DNA of 47,962 nucleotides from Puniceicoccales bacterium (GTDB lineage Bacteria > Verrucomicrobiota > Verrucomicrobiia > Opitutales > JAIRKQ01): NCBI GenBank assembly GCA_031283685.1, contig JAITBI010000033.1, forward strand, positions 1 through 47,962, written 5' to 3'. The notes under the pieces were generated by a model, which saw only the letters and a program-made list of their open reading frames with translations, did not search any database and was not told where the DNA came from. The position numbers were made by a program, and so were the translations under genes. Positions 8,705 to 18,705 of this stretch are shown here, in pieces (within the stretch, counting starts at the first letter, position 1; every line of letters begins with the position of its first letter).

Positions 8705-10654
8705 TCAAGTAACAAAATTTGCTCGTTCATCCACATCAGTTTTCAAAAATCTCTTCATTCTTTCCAACAGAAAAGATGTCGCTTTCTTCGTTTCCTCGAT
8801 CTGGGATCTGTCGTCAATCTTTACTTCTGCAAACAGATAAAATTTGATCTTTGGTTCTGTTCCACTAGCCCGTAGAGCAAATTTCACACCATTTTTTAGG
8901 GTTATGAAAAAGAATTGTTGGGATGGGATAACTTTCCCATCGGCATCTTGGATCGTTTGTTTGGAAAAATCGACGATTTCTGTTACTTTCCCATCATCAA
9001 TCTGTTTCGGTGGATCTTTTTGATAGCTGGTCAAGATGTTTTTGATTTTCTGTGCACCATCAGCCCCTTCGTAGTAAATATTTAAAACCGATTCACCAAA
9101 GTAGCCATACTTCACGTACATATCATCGCGGAGGTCAATCAGCGTTTTATTGAAGGACTTTGCATAGGCAGCCAATTCACAAGCCATCAAACATGCGGAA
9201 TTGGCATCCTTGTCGCGAACATTGTTCGCCGACAAACAACCGTAACTCTCTTCGCATCCAAAGATGAACAGGGTACTGTTTTTTTTGAGTAAGTCATCCC
9301 GTTTTGCCCCTAAAGTTTTATCATAGTTTATGGAAATTCCCGTTGATTCATATTCATGCTCAAGCATTCTATTTTCATAGTCGAACATTTTTTCCCCGAT
9401 CCATTTGAATCCCGTCAGCGTATTAATGCACTTTATTCCGTGCGAATTGGCGATTTTATCGATGAGAGGGGTCGTGACAAAGGTTTTTACTACGGCTACA
9501 CTTTTCGACCCCTCGACGGGAATTTTTCGTAAAAATTTTAACTGCGAAATTCTATATTCGGTAAGCAAAGCCCCCGTCACATTTCCTGTAAAAACCTCAA
9601 ATTCTCCGCTGCTGTTTTTAGCAGCAATCGCTAACCTATCGCCGTCGGGATCAGTTGCCAAAACAAGATCCGCGTTGTCCTTTTTAGCTAAAGCGATGGA
9701 CATGCCTAGGGCTTCCTTATTTTCCGGATTTGGAGATTTAACCGTTGAAAAGTTTGGATCTTGATCATTCTGCTCCTCCACAACGCTATGACTGATTTTA
9801 TTAGCTTCCAAAAGTGGAATCGTAGCCACGCCTCCCGTCCCATGCAGAGGGGAAAATACGACACGTATGGGATAGTTTTCCAAAAAATCTCTTCGCAAAA
9901 TTGTTTTAGTAACGGTAGACTGGTAGCATACATCAATTAATTCATCTAAAATCGTCACTCCCGACATGTCCTTTTGGCAAAATCGGCAAATATCATCCAT
10001 TGCCACACTGTTAAATTCTGATATTACCCCGGATGCATGGGGATTCACCATCTGTGCACCGTCTAAAAAATAAGCCTTAAACCCATTATCATGCCATGGG
10101 TTATGGCTTGCAGTTATCATGATGCCAGCTGTACAACTCAAATGGCGTACGCTGAAACTTAGTTGAGGCGTAGACCGTGGAGATGCATAAAGAATCGCAT
10201 GGCCTCCCAAATTCTTCCATGTGGAAGCAGCCAATTCTCCAAAATGTTTGGAAAAATGCCTTACATCGTAGGAAATTACGACCGATGGCAATTCGTAGGC
10301 TCGGTTATTGTTTTTCAGAAATTTTGAACAATACCTAAATAGTGCGATCGTTGCCCCAATGATATTGAAATCGTTCAAGTACGCCGTTCCAACGGCAGCA
10401 AAATCTGGCCTATTGGTCTTAGAGTTTCCACGTTCGGGGCTGGTCACTACCTCCGGGATTGTTCGACTACGCATACCTCCAGTACCAAATTCTAGGGTCC
10501 TAAAAAACCTATTATTAATCTCATCGACAAGTCGCCGATCAACGAGTTCGTCTATGGATTGACGTGCCCAGGTCGGTAAATTATTGCAGTTGTACACACG
10601 TGTCACATTTTGTGCCGTCGTCGCTAGCACACTGTCTCTTAAAAACCTTTCCAT
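8705..10654 (-). CDS. Alpha-D-phosphohexomutase family protein (phosphoglucomutase/phosphomannomutase)
   Basis: Active-site loop TASHNPWHDNGFK, metal-binding loop ATDPDGDRL and sugar-binding loop GCEESYG. 649 aa. Confidence 0.9.
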   Translation of the reverse strand: MERFLRDSVLATTAQNVTRVYNCNNLPTWARQSIDELVDRRLVDEINNRFFRTLEFGTGGMRSRTIPEVVTSPERGNSKTNRPDFAAVGTAYLNDFNIIGATIALFRYCSKFLKNNNRAYELPSVVISYDVRHFSKHFGELAASTWKNLGGHAILYASPRSTPQLSFSVRHLSCTAGIMITASHNPWHDNGFKAYFLDGAQMVNPHASGVISEFNSVAMDDICRFCQKDMSGVTILDELIDVCYQSTVTKTILRRDFLENYPIRVVFSPLHGTGGVATIPLLEANKISHSVVEEQNDQDPNFSTVKSPNPENKEALGMSIALAKKDNADLVLATDPDGDRLAIAAKNSSGEFEVFTGNVTGALLTEYRISQLKFLRKIPVEGSKSVAVVKTFVTTPLIDKIANSHGIKCINTLTGFKWIGEKMFDYENRMLEHEYESTGISINYDKTLGAKRDDLLKKNSTLFIFGCEESYGCLSANNVRDKDANSACLMACELAAYAKSFNKTLIDLRDDMYVKYGYFGESVLNIYYEGADGAQKIKNILTSYQKDPPKQIDDGKVTEIVDFSKQTIQDADGKVIPSQQFFFITLKNGVKFALRASGTEPKIKFYLFAEVKIDDRSQIEETKKATSFLLERMKRFLKTDVDERANFVT

Positions 10655-10766
10655 AGCAGTGTTCCAAAGGAATTACTTTTTTCCAAAAAAGAAAGCTAAA
10701 AATAAAATATTTGGTTATGTTAAAAATTTTATTTAATTATTTTTCATTGAGTCTCACCAAAGATAT

Positions 10767-11966
10767 ATGAACGACGATGGTGTAAAAAAATTATTCGACA
10801 AAGTGAATGTTTTGGAGGTTGCAGATTTGCGTAACTTGATAAAACATCTATGGAAACAACGGGATTTTTTTAAAAAGACCTTCGACATCATCCGGGATAG
10901 TATCGTTGTGATCAATGCCAAAGGAGAAATTTTTTACTGTAATCAATCAGCCTGTGACTTGTTAGGCATTAGTAACCTAAAGCAATCAAATGTTTTGTGG
11001 AAATATATTCCTGAGTTCGTCGTGTTTTCCGATTTGGATACGTCATCAATTGGCACAGGCAATTCTTTTCTTTCCAAGGAAATTAAGATTTCGTATCCGC
11101 ACAAAAGTATATTAAATGTAACCGTTGCTCATTATAGCAATTACGATGATAATGAAAAACTGTTTGTCCTGCGGATCGTTGACATTACGGAGGATCGTGT
11201 CTTGTCGGAAAAAACGATAAACGATGAAAAAATTTCATCGATCACACTCCTTGCCAGTGCCGTTGCCCATGAAATAGGAAATCCGTTAAATGCCATCAGC
11301 CTCCGTTTACAATTGATGCAACGCCAGTGTAAGTCATTAAAAAACGTCGATGAACGGATGAAATTGGAAACCTCAGCAGGAATTTGTTTGGATGAAATTG
11401 CTAGATTGGATAGCATAGTTAAGAATTTTTTACAGGCGATCCGTCCCCAAAAGCCAAAATTTACCAGCCTTCCGCTGGGCAAGGTTATAGAGGATACCAT
11501 TGATCTGATGGAGGCAGAATTTAAATCTTTAAACATAGAAGTTGTCAATCGCATTGGTCCATTGCCATTAATTCTCGGAGATTATTCCCAATTGAAGCAA
11601 GTTTTTTTCAACGTTTTAAAGAATTCCTGTGAAGCGATCTCCAGCAGCGGTACGATAGTAATTGAAGGATCTGCCAGTGACAATGATGTTATTTTGACAT
11701 TTACGGACAATGGTGTGGGAATTCCCTATGACTTGTTGGATAAAATTTTCCAGCCATATTTTTCCACCAAAAGGGAAGGAAATGGCTTGGGAATGGTAAT
11801 TATTGAAAGAATTTTAAGGGAACACGGAGCAACCATCGATATCGCAAGTGCCAAAAATGTTGGAACAAAAATTTCCATCAATTTTCCAAGAAAGGATAAG
11901 TGCATGCCTCTCTTAGGCACGGATGACGATTCTCGAGAGTCCCATGTACAAAATGTATTGCCATAG
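10767..11966 (+). CDS. Soluble PAS-domain sensor histidine kinase (NtrB/AtoS-like)
   Basis: No TM segment. PAS-like N-terminal region, H-box AHEIGNPLNAI, N-box FFNVLKNSCEA, G1 DNGVGIP, G2 GNGLGM. Confidence 0.85.
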   Translation: MNDDGVKKLFDKVNVLEVADLRNLIKHLWKQRDFFKKTFDIIRDSIVVINAKGEIFYCNQSACDLLGISNLKQSNVLWKYIPEFVVFSDLDTSSIGTGNSFLSKEIKISYPHKSILNVTVAHYSNYDDNEKLFVLRIVDITEDRVLSEKTINDEKISSITLLASAVAHEIGNPLNAISLRLQLMQRQCKSLKNVDERMKLETSAGICLDEIARLDSIVKNFLQAIRPQKPKFTSLPLGKVIEDTIDLMEAEFKSLNIEVVNRIGPLPLILGDYSQLKQVFFNVLKNSCEAISSSGTIVIEGSASDNDVILTFTDNGVGIPYDLLDKIFQPYFSTKREGNGLGMVIIERILREHGATIDIASAKNVGTKISINFPRKDKCMPLLGTDDDSRESHVQNVLP

Positions 11967-11993
11967 TAGAAATTTTTATTCATTAAAACATGG

Positions 11994-12608
11994 ATGTCCC
12001 TTAGAAAATGTGATTTCATCTCCCTGCTCATTTCTGTAACGTTTGTAGTTTTGTGTATCCTATGCATAACCCCCGATGAAACTATCAGTTTGAAAAAACA
12101 AACAAGGGTGCCATACATATCCGTAGTGAAAGGCAATACGTATGTTGAACAGAGTTTTTCGGCCGGTTTTTTTTTACCAACGAGCCATAATATCCATTGC
12201 CGTGCTACAATGCCAACTCTGAAATGTGCCATGGAGGTACTAGATGTAAGGAGTATAAATGTTTTCAACGGAAGAGAAAAATCGCCCATTGTGTCCGCAA
12301 TCGATTTGCTACAAAATATCATACCCTACAACATTCTTAACGGCATACACATTTCCGAAGTATGTTCGTTAGCAGATAAAGATTTCGTAGTAACCAATGG
12401 GATATTTTGTGAAAATATCATGACGGGAGGCCGGTATAATGTAAGTTGCCAAAATATTGATGGTGAAAGCAATGTTTTGTTGTGCAAAATCGGCCATATG
12501 TTTTTCTCATCTCCCAGTGAATTTTCCCAAATTTTACCGTCAAAGGAAAACCTTTGGGGCGATGGGCTTGGAGGTATAAAATTTTTGCGACTAAAACCTT
12601 TCCCATAG
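11994..12608 (+). CDS. Hypothetical membrane-anchored or secreted protein
   Basis: 204-aa ORF that exactly fills the gap between the kinase stop and the exonuclease start on the same strand. It has an N-terminal hydrophobic segment (ISLLISVTFVVLCILCI) and no recognisable motif. Confidence 0.5.
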   Translation: MSLRKCDFISLLISVTFVVLCILCITPDETISLKKQTRVPYISVVKGNTYVEQSFSAGFFLPTSHNIHCRATMPTLKCAMEVLDVRSINVFNGREKSPIVSAIDLLQNIIPYNILNGIHISEVCSLADKDFVVTNGIFCENIMTGGRYNVSCQNIDGESNVLLCKIGHMFFSSPSEFSQILPSKENLWGDGLGGIKFLRLKPFP

Positions 12609-12618
12609 AAACACTAGC

Positions 12619-13533
12619 ATGAAACAAAATACAAAAACTTGGTTGCTCGTTGATGGACATAACATGGCGTTTCGATGTTTTTACGGTGTTCCACAAATGA
12701 CGACTACCTATGGGCTACACGTCAATGCAATTTATGGGTGGGTTCGATCGCTGTGGAAATTAGAAGACATGATTCAGCCGGATGCCGTCTGCGTATTTTT
12801 TGATTCGGGAGGTTCGACCGCTAGGAAAAATATTCTGTCTACATACAAGGCAAATCGAAAAGTTATGCCTGAAGAGCTCAAACAGCAGCTGGAATACATG
12901 AATTTATTAGCCGTGGCCCATGGATATTACATAACTGCGAAGGAAGGCATTGAAGCGGACGACTTATTGGCCAGTTTTTCTGAAAAATTGAACGAATGCG
13001 ACGAAACGTCATACATTGCCAGTGGAGACAAGGATTTTGCCCAATGCGTTGGGGAACATACCTTTCAGATGTTACCTCCAACCGCACAATCTAAGGGTGC
13101 TTGGCGAATTTTAGACCGGTATGGGATCAAAGAAAACTTCGGTGTTTTCCCGGAGCAGATTGTCGACTATTTATCCCTATTGGGCGATGCTTCCGATAAT
13201 ATTTTAGGAGTCGAAGGGATAGGAGCTAAAAGGGCAGAAAAGTTTTTAAATCAATTTGGTAACATTGAAAATTTATTACAAAATCTTGATAAAATTCCCT
13301 CCGAAAAAATTAGAAAAAATCTATTAAATTCCCTAGGACTTATAGAGCGTAACCGCGAATTGATTACATTGCGAAAAACAATGGAATTCAACATCCCAGC
13401 GACAATAATTAGCAGAAGTCCAGAAGATATTTTTAACTTGCTTCAAAATTTGCAATTGAATTCGCTTTTAGCGTTGGCCCGCAAAAGGTACAAACTTCCT
13501 AACCAGGCGGAATTGTTTGATGATATTCCCTGA
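12619..13533 (+). CDS. Stand-alone 5'-3' exonuclease / flap endonuclease (Pol I N-terminal domain homologue)
   Basis: LLVDGHNMAFRCFYG, ASGDKDFAQC and the H3TH region GDASDNILGVEGIGAKRAEKFL. At 304 aa it has no polymerase domain. Confidence 0.88.
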   Translation: MKQNTKTWLLVDGHNMAFRCFYGVPQMTTTYGLHVNAIYGWVRSLWKLEDMIQPDAVCVFFDSGGSTARKNILSTYKANRKVMPEELKQQLEYMNLLAVAHGYYITAKEGIEADDLLASFSEKLNECDETSYIASGDKDFAQCVGEHTFQMLPPTAQSKGAWRILDRYGIKENFGVFPEQIVDYLSLLGDASDNILGVEGIGAKRAEKFLNQFGNIENLLQNLDKIPSEKIRKNLLNSLGLIERNRELITLRKTMEFNIPATIISRSPEDIFNLLQNLQLNSLLALARKRYKLPNQAELFDDIP

Positions 13534-13554
13534 TGAAAAAATAAAAAGCCATAC

Positions 13555-13632
13555 TGGCGGGATAGACGGGGCTCGAACCCGCGACCTCCAACGTGACAGG
13601 CTGGCGTTCTAAACCAACTGAACTACTACCCC
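13555..13632 (-). tRNA. tRNA-Asp (anticodon GTC)
   Basis: The reverse complement folds as acceptor GGGGTAG/CTATCCC, D arm GTTC/GAAC, anticodon stem CCAGC/GTTGG with loop CTGTCAC, T arm GCGGG-TTCGAGC-CCCGT, discriminator G and CCA. Confidence 0.9.
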
Positions 13633-13748
13633 GCTAATGGTTTTGCCGATACTAATATCGGTACTGTCAGCAAGCTATTGTCGGCAGTTGGCCTGTCAAT
13701 ATCAAATGTTGTGATTTTCAAACCCATAGGCTTGAGAAATGCCCATGG

Positions 13749-15161
13749 TCAAATGGTTAATTCTTTTTCTTTTGAAAAACGTCTATCTTTTTCGACAAAT
13801 TCAAGATTAATGGTGCAACCCGTGAAATCGAAATGCTTGCGCAATGTATTTAGTAAATACTTTTTGTAGTTGTCATTTAATAGAGATGTTCGATTGCAAA
13901 AACATTTAAACACAAAGGGCATATTGCCGGTTTGTACGGCATAATATATGCGAAATAGGCGGCCGTTGGAAGTGGATGGAAGACGCCTGTCAAAAGCTTT
14001 TTGAATCACGCGATTCAGCTCACCGGTCCCAATTTTGCGGTTTATTCTTCCATATAATTTTTCGGCAAACGGCAACAGATCGTCGATCCCATATCCTCTT
14101 TTTGCAGAAACAAAAACAACTTCCACGTCGGGAAAGGAACGTAATTCTTCCCTGGCAGCTTGTAAAAATGATTCTTGAAATTCTTTGATGGAATTAAACT
14201 TTTCCAAATTACCATCGCGATAACGTTTCTGCGCAATATCCCACTTGTTGACTACCAAAATTAAACCCTTCCCTGCTTCGATGACTTCATTTGCTAACTT
14301 TTTATCGAGTTTCGTTATTCCGCTTTCGGCATCTATCACTAGGAATATTATATCACAATTAATTATCCCATCACGTGTACGCAGGGATGCGAAATAATCG
14401 AGGGACGTGGTAATTCTGTTTTGCGGCCGCGAACCGGCGGTATCGAGCAATTCGAAATCTCTGCCGCTTTCAGACATATCACATTTTAGCAATTTTACGC
14501 CGACGGCTTCCCGCGTTGTTCCAGGAATATCGCTCACTATCATGCGCTGTTCTTTCAGTAAGGCATTTACCAGGGATGATTTCCCGACGTTTGGACGACC
14601 GACGAAGGCTAATTTTATGGGATTATACATTATTTCCACATTTTCAAGTTGTGACGAGAATGCCACCGTCTTCGAAGCTATTAGTTGCCTTATTTCTTCT
14701 TCTCCAATGCCATGTTCTGCGGAAGTGGCTATAGGGTCACCAAAACCAAAGGATTTAAAAATGTCGACCAAATGGAATTTTTCATTGCCATCGATTTTGT
14801 TGGCAATGACCGTAACATTTACACCACTTTTCCTCAACATCTCAGCAATGTCATAGTCCATGGGCATAATTCCTTCGGTTGTATCTACCACGAAAAGCAC
14901 CAGATCTGCGGCTGCGATTGCTAGACCAACCTGTTCATCAACCGCAGATGTGATTTCTTCGATGCTGTTATCACCTGATAATCCAAGCCCGCCCGTATCC
15001 ATTAAAATAATATTTTTCCCAATTTCATGGGTGATAATATCACGGGTGACTCCGACCATATCATGCACAATCGATATACGTTTGTGGGCTAATCTGTTAA
15101 ATAATCGACTTTTCCCTACATTCGGACGTCCGACGATCGCGATGTTGTAGAACATTTTCAT
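13749..15161 (-). CDS. der: Ribosome biogenesis GTPase Der (EngA)
   Basis: Two tandem GTPase domains, each with a P-loop GRPNVGKS. DTGG and DTAG motifs, NKID and NKWD motifs, and a KH-like C-terminus. Confidence 0.93.
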   Translation of the reverse strand: MKMFYNIAIVGRPNVGKSRLFNRLAHKRISIVHDMVGVTRDIITHEIGKNIILMDTGGLGLSGDNSIEEITSAVDEQVGLAIAAADLVLFVVDTTEGIMPMDYDIAEMLRKSGVNVTVIANKIDGNEKFHLVDIFKSFGFGDPIATSAEHGIGEEEIRQLIASKTVAFSSQLENVEIMYNPIKLAFVGRPNVGKSSLVNALLKEQRMIVSDIPGTTREAVGVKLLKCDMSESGRDFELLDTAGSRPQNRITTSLDYFASLRTRDGIINCDIIFLVIDAESGITKLDKKLANEVIEAGKGLILVVNKWDIAQKRYRDGNLEKFNSIKEFQESFLQAAREELRSFPDVEVVFVSAKRGYGIDDLLPFAEKLYGRINRKIGTGELNRVIQKAFDRRLPSTSNGRLFRIYYAVQTGNMPFVFKCFCNRTSLLNDNYKKYLLNTLRKHFDFTGCTINLEFVEKDRRFSKEKELTI

Positions 15162-15253
15162 GGAGGTGTTCTGTAAGTAGCCTATAAAAATTTTACAAGC
15201 TTAAACGACAAACTTCTGAGCGAAACGTTTATTTCGATGTCACCTCTCGCTAT

Positions 15254-16552
15254 TTATTTCTTTTCCCTAGCCGCATGAATTACAATTTGTCGAGAATTTG
15301 GCATGTTTATCATTTTTCTGTATTTTGCAACGGTCCTGCGAGCAATATGAATGTTGTATCGTCCTAGGATTTCTGCGATTTTTGCATCCGTAGCCCGTAT
15401 CTTTTCTGATTTTATTATTTCATGCATTCTTTCCAGAATGGCACTTTGCGAAACAGATTCCGTACCACCGGCATCAAAAAATTTTGACATTTCAAAAATG
15501 CCATGGGGAGTATGGACATATTTCCCGTGGACAGCACGGCTGATCGTTGAAATATGTAAATTTAGCTGTCTCGCGACGTCGACTAGTCGTAGGGTTTTCA
15601 TAAATTTTGGTCCCCGTTTAAAAAAATCAATCTGGCGTTCAAGAATCACCTTAGCAATGCCCATCAGCGTTGTTTGTCTCCTATCTATTGCTTCGTAGAG
15701 TTGTTTCCCATACCGTGCCTGCTTTTTTAAATATCGCCAGGTTTCCGGAGTTTTCTCGCAATCATCGCTTACCATTTTTTTATATAGCTCGCTAAATCTT
15801 AGGAGAGGGATGTAGTCCGTATTGAAATTTATCACCCATTCGCCATCAAGTTTGTAAATTTTCAAATCTGGAACTACGGTAACGTTTCGCTCGTTTGAGA
15901 ATCCACTGATGGGAGAAAAATTTAACCGTGCGATCGTTTTGCCCGCTGTGATTATATTTTCACATGCAACATGCAACTTCTTGCTTAGAAAATCTATTTT
16001 CCCTTTATGTAATTCGTCAAAGTATTCTCGTACCAAAGTCTTTGCCAACCCTAGATGCTCGCCGGAAGTGATTTGATCTAGTTGTAATAGCAGGCATTCT
16101 TGTAAATTTTTAGCGCCAATGCCATGGGGGTGCAATAGTTTCAATTCGTCGTAGACCCGCTTGACCCGGTTAATGTCGACATGCAAGGAATTTGCTATGT
16201 CTTGCAAATCACCATCGAAAAATCCTCTTTCAGTTATGAATTCCAAGAGTTTTAACAAGATTGCTTTTTCTCCTTTTCCCCACTCCGGAACCTGTTGCAG
16301 TAGGTGATCTTGCAGGGAAATAGTTTCTTCAATATTTTCTAAAAATTCCTGATGGGAATCGCTTTTTTCTTTGGGAAAAGTCCACCTATCCCGTTGTCGG
16401 TCATCAATTTCTATGGTTGGATTTTTTTTACATTCTTTTTTAATCAGTTCCCATAGATCGGCGGTTGGCATTTGCAAAATTTCCAGGGATTGTCGCATGG
16501 TCGGCGACAATTTTTGTACCTGTTTTTGATCCTGTGATAGTGAAATGTCCAA
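15254..16552 (-). CDS. rpoN: RNA polymerase sigma-54 factor
   Basis: Glutamine/leucine-rich region I (LSQDQKQVQKLSPTMRQSLEILQMP), a core-binding region, an HTH, and the RpoN box ARRTVAKYR near the C-terminus. Confidence 0.92.
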   Translation of the reverse strand: MDISLSQDQKQVQKLSPTMRQSLEILQMPTADLWELIKKECKKNPTIEIDDRQRDRWTFPKEKSDSHQEFLENIEETISLQDHLLQQVPEWGKGEKAILLKLLEFITERGFFDGDLQDIANSLHVDINRVKRVYDELKLLHPHGIGAKNLQECLLLQLDQITSGEHLGLAKTLVREYFDELHKGKIDFLSKKLHVACENIITAGKTIARLNFSPISGFSNERNVTVVPDLKIYKLDGEWVINFNTDYIPLLRFSELYKKMVSDDCEKTPETWRYLKKQARYGKQLYEAIDRRQTTLMGIAKVILERQIDFFKRGPKFMKTLRLVDVARQLNLHISTISRAVHGKYVHTPHGIFEMSKFFDAGGTESVSQSAILERMHEIIKSEKIRATDAKIAEILGRYNIHIARRTVAKYRKMINMPNSRQIVIHAAREKK

Positions 16553-16561
16553 GGTAAATCC

Positions 16562-17344
16562 TCATTTTAGTGTGAAAAACTTTTCGGTGTTCTTATAGGT
16601 CAAGTTGCAAAAATCATCTTCCGACATATTCAATGTTTTCGCTGCGAATCTGGCAGTAGCTCGAATAAAGGCCGGCTCATTGCGTTTTGGCCTATGAGGC
16701 TCCGGTGTCAAATACGGACAGTCCGTTTCGATTAGAAGCTTGTCTAGATTAGCAACTTTCAATGGTTCCACCTGTTCCTTTCTAAATGTTAATGTCCCTG
16801 CAAATGAAACAAATGCCCCAAAACTTTTCAATTTTTCCATCTCGGGAACTCCATATCCATAGCAATGGAACAGAACCTTACTCCCCGGAATGCCTGAATT
16901 TGTCAAGATATCAAAAGTATCATCGAAGGCTTGGCGTGAATGGATTACCACAGGCAAATCATTTGCCTTTGCCAACTCCAATTGTTTTGCAAATATGAGT
17001 TTTTGGAATTCGATGATTTCGTCCTTTGCTTGCTGTTCATTGGGTAGGCGATGGTAATCAAGCCCAATCTCGCCGATAGCTACCGGTTTAATTTCTTTTC
17101 CTAAAAAAATTGGCAACTGGTCCAATTCCTTTTCATTTTTAGCCGCCAATGGATGTAATCCGGCCGTGTAGGAAATATTTCTACGATTTTGCACAAATTC
17201 TGCGTAAAATTCCCAATCCTTTTGGTGTGTCCCAACGGCCACCATTTTGGTAACCGATGCGTGCTCGGCATTAGCCAAAACCTCTTCTATTTTCCCTTCG
17301 TGAAAGAAATCGTCGAGATGGCAATGGCTATCAATTATTTCCAT
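16562..17344 (-). CDS. TatD family metal-dependent hydrolase/DNase
   Basis: MEIIDSHCHLDD start motif, GEIGLDY, VIHSR, and ETDCPYL. The listed ORF runs to 17437, but the family-typical start is the Met at 17344. Confidence 0.88.
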   Translation of the reverse strand: MEIIDSHCHLDDFFHEGKIEEVLANAEHASVTKMVAVGTHQKDWEFYAEFVQNRRNISYTAGLHPLAAKNEKELDQLPIFLGKEIKPVAIGEIGLDYHRLPNEQQAKDEIIEFQKLIFAKQLELAKANDLPVVIHSRQAFDDTFDILTNSGIPGSKVLFHCYGYGVPEMEKLKSFGAFVSFAGTLTFRKEQVEPLKVANLDKLLIETDCPYLTPEPHRPKRNEPAFIRATARFAAKTLNMSEDDFCNLTYKNTEKFFTLK

Positions 17345-17592
17345 TGGATATGATGCAATAATTTTGGGATCCATTGTCAATATACTGTGCGATATTTCCA
17401 CTCTCCGGGTAAACTTTAACGCAATCCCAATAGACACTGGGGATTTTAATCTTCCTATCTCAGATCAAAATAATCTTGCCTACCATAAATACACCGGCTT
17501 CAGAATATCCCAAAAACTCGACCTAAAAGAGAAATAAGCAAGGAAACCCAGATTCTAGGATTTTGACTCTCCGTTAGCATTTTCAATCCTTT

Positions 17593-17859
17593 TCACTTGG
17601 AGGTAAAGGTTGGATCATTTTGCAAAGCTTCCACCTGCCTTTGGTTTAGTTCTTTCAAAGGAAACAGCCCATAATCTTCTAACTCACTGTCATAGACGTC
17701 GTATATTATATCTTTGCCATATGGAAACTTGATCGCCACCATGCGTTTTTTTGCATTCTGAAAGACATAAACTTCAAAGCCCTTAGCTCTAAGCATATCC
17801 ACATACTGATCGTTCGGAATAGCACTAAATCCGGGAGCATTTGCAACTTTTATGTCCAT
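17593..17859 (-). CDS. Hypothetical protein (88 aa)
   Basis: ATG-initiated ORF on the same strand as tatD/rpoN/der. It has no competing ORF and no recognisable motif. Confidence 0.5.
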   Translation of the reverse strand: MDIKVANAPGFSAIPNDQYVDMLRAKGFEVYVFQNAKKRMVAIKFPYGKDIIYDVYDSELEDYGLFPLKELNQRQVEALQNDPTFTSK

Positions 17860-17965
17860 AATTTACCTTCCAAACAAATTTAAATGCATTGAATCGGATT
17901 TAAATTTATCATCGTAATACTCATGAATTGGACATTTTATCTTGTAAGCAGGGCACACATGATGA

Positions 17966-17990
17966 TTTTTCCTTTTCTTGAAAGGAAAAA
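17966..17990. repeat. AT-rich perfect inverted repeat (10-bp arms, 5-nt loop)
   Basis: tttttccttt-tcttg-aaaggaaaaa lies in the intergenic spacer between the 169/209-aa and 88-aa orphan genes. It could be a weak terminator or operator, and there is no flanking T-run on the minus strand. Confidence 0.4.
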
Positions 17991-18077
17991 GAATTTAATT
18001 TGTGTCAAAAATCAATATAATTTTCCAATGTTTTGCAAAATTACCAAAATTATTTTGATACACGCTAGTTTTTTGCT

Positions 18078-18587
18078 CTAGGACTTGGATTTGCCACCAA
18101 AAACTTCCGCTCTAGTTTCTTGAAAAAATGTATTAATTTCTCTTTTAACCATAGAAGTCATCTCCCGACTCAATGGTTGAGAGGAGGTGGATTTTCGTAG
18201 AACTACAGTTCTGAATTCACCCAAAAGGGTGTTGAGATTTGCCATTAAAAGCCCAAGTTCTTTCTTTGTAGATTCTTTTTTGACATGTACTTCGAGCGCA
18301 TTTCTAGTATTTTTTATAAAATCATCTCCGGTGACTGTAGCGGCACTCCGCGAACTCAACTCGCGCAAAGCTTGATCTATGGTCGACTTTTCAATACCTG
18401 CGACAGTTCCTTGTAGAGAGCGTTGATCGGGACATTCAGCTTTAATAAGTTTTAAAAGTTTTTTCCCTTTCGAATCGCAATCACTCAAGCGAGATTTATT
18501 GTCATTAAAAAATCTAACAGCTTTACCCAATGGTTCAGGAAGAAACAATGAAGCTACACCACAAACGAAACTATTAATAATATTCAT
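18078..18587 (-). CDS. Hypothetical protein (169 aa from the Met at 18587; the ORF is open to 18707)
   Basis: Predicted helical and charged, with a short N-terminal hydrophobic stretch. The long form would put its ATG overlapping the ATG of the divergent gene at 18706 (shared CATG) and leave no promoter space, so the internal Met is preferred. Confidence 0.5.
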   Translation of the reverse strand: MNIINSFVCGVASLFLPEPLGKAVRFFNDNKSRLSDCDSKGKKLLKLIKAECPDQRSLQGTVAGIEKSTIDQALRELSSRSAATVTGDDFIKNTRNALEVHVKKESTKKELGLLMANLNTLLGEFRTVVLRKSTSSQPLSREMTSMVKREINTFFQETRAEVFGGKSKS

Positions 18588-18705
18588 AAAGCATTTATGT
18601 GGTAAAATTTGACACCGGTCAACGCTTTTTGCAAAAAAAAGAATATTATTTTTCAAATAAAAAAATTCGGATTGACAAAAACGAAAAATATGGCAAAGTC
18701 CCAGC

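Noticed and set aside
11726-12322. 198-aa minus-strand ORF, plus similar antisense ORFs at 14407-14856, 29354-29872, 31042-31497 and 43842-44156
   Set aside because: All lie antisense to well-supported conserved genes or across a tRNA. They have low-complexity or hydrophobic translations typical of shadow ORFs, and no motifs.
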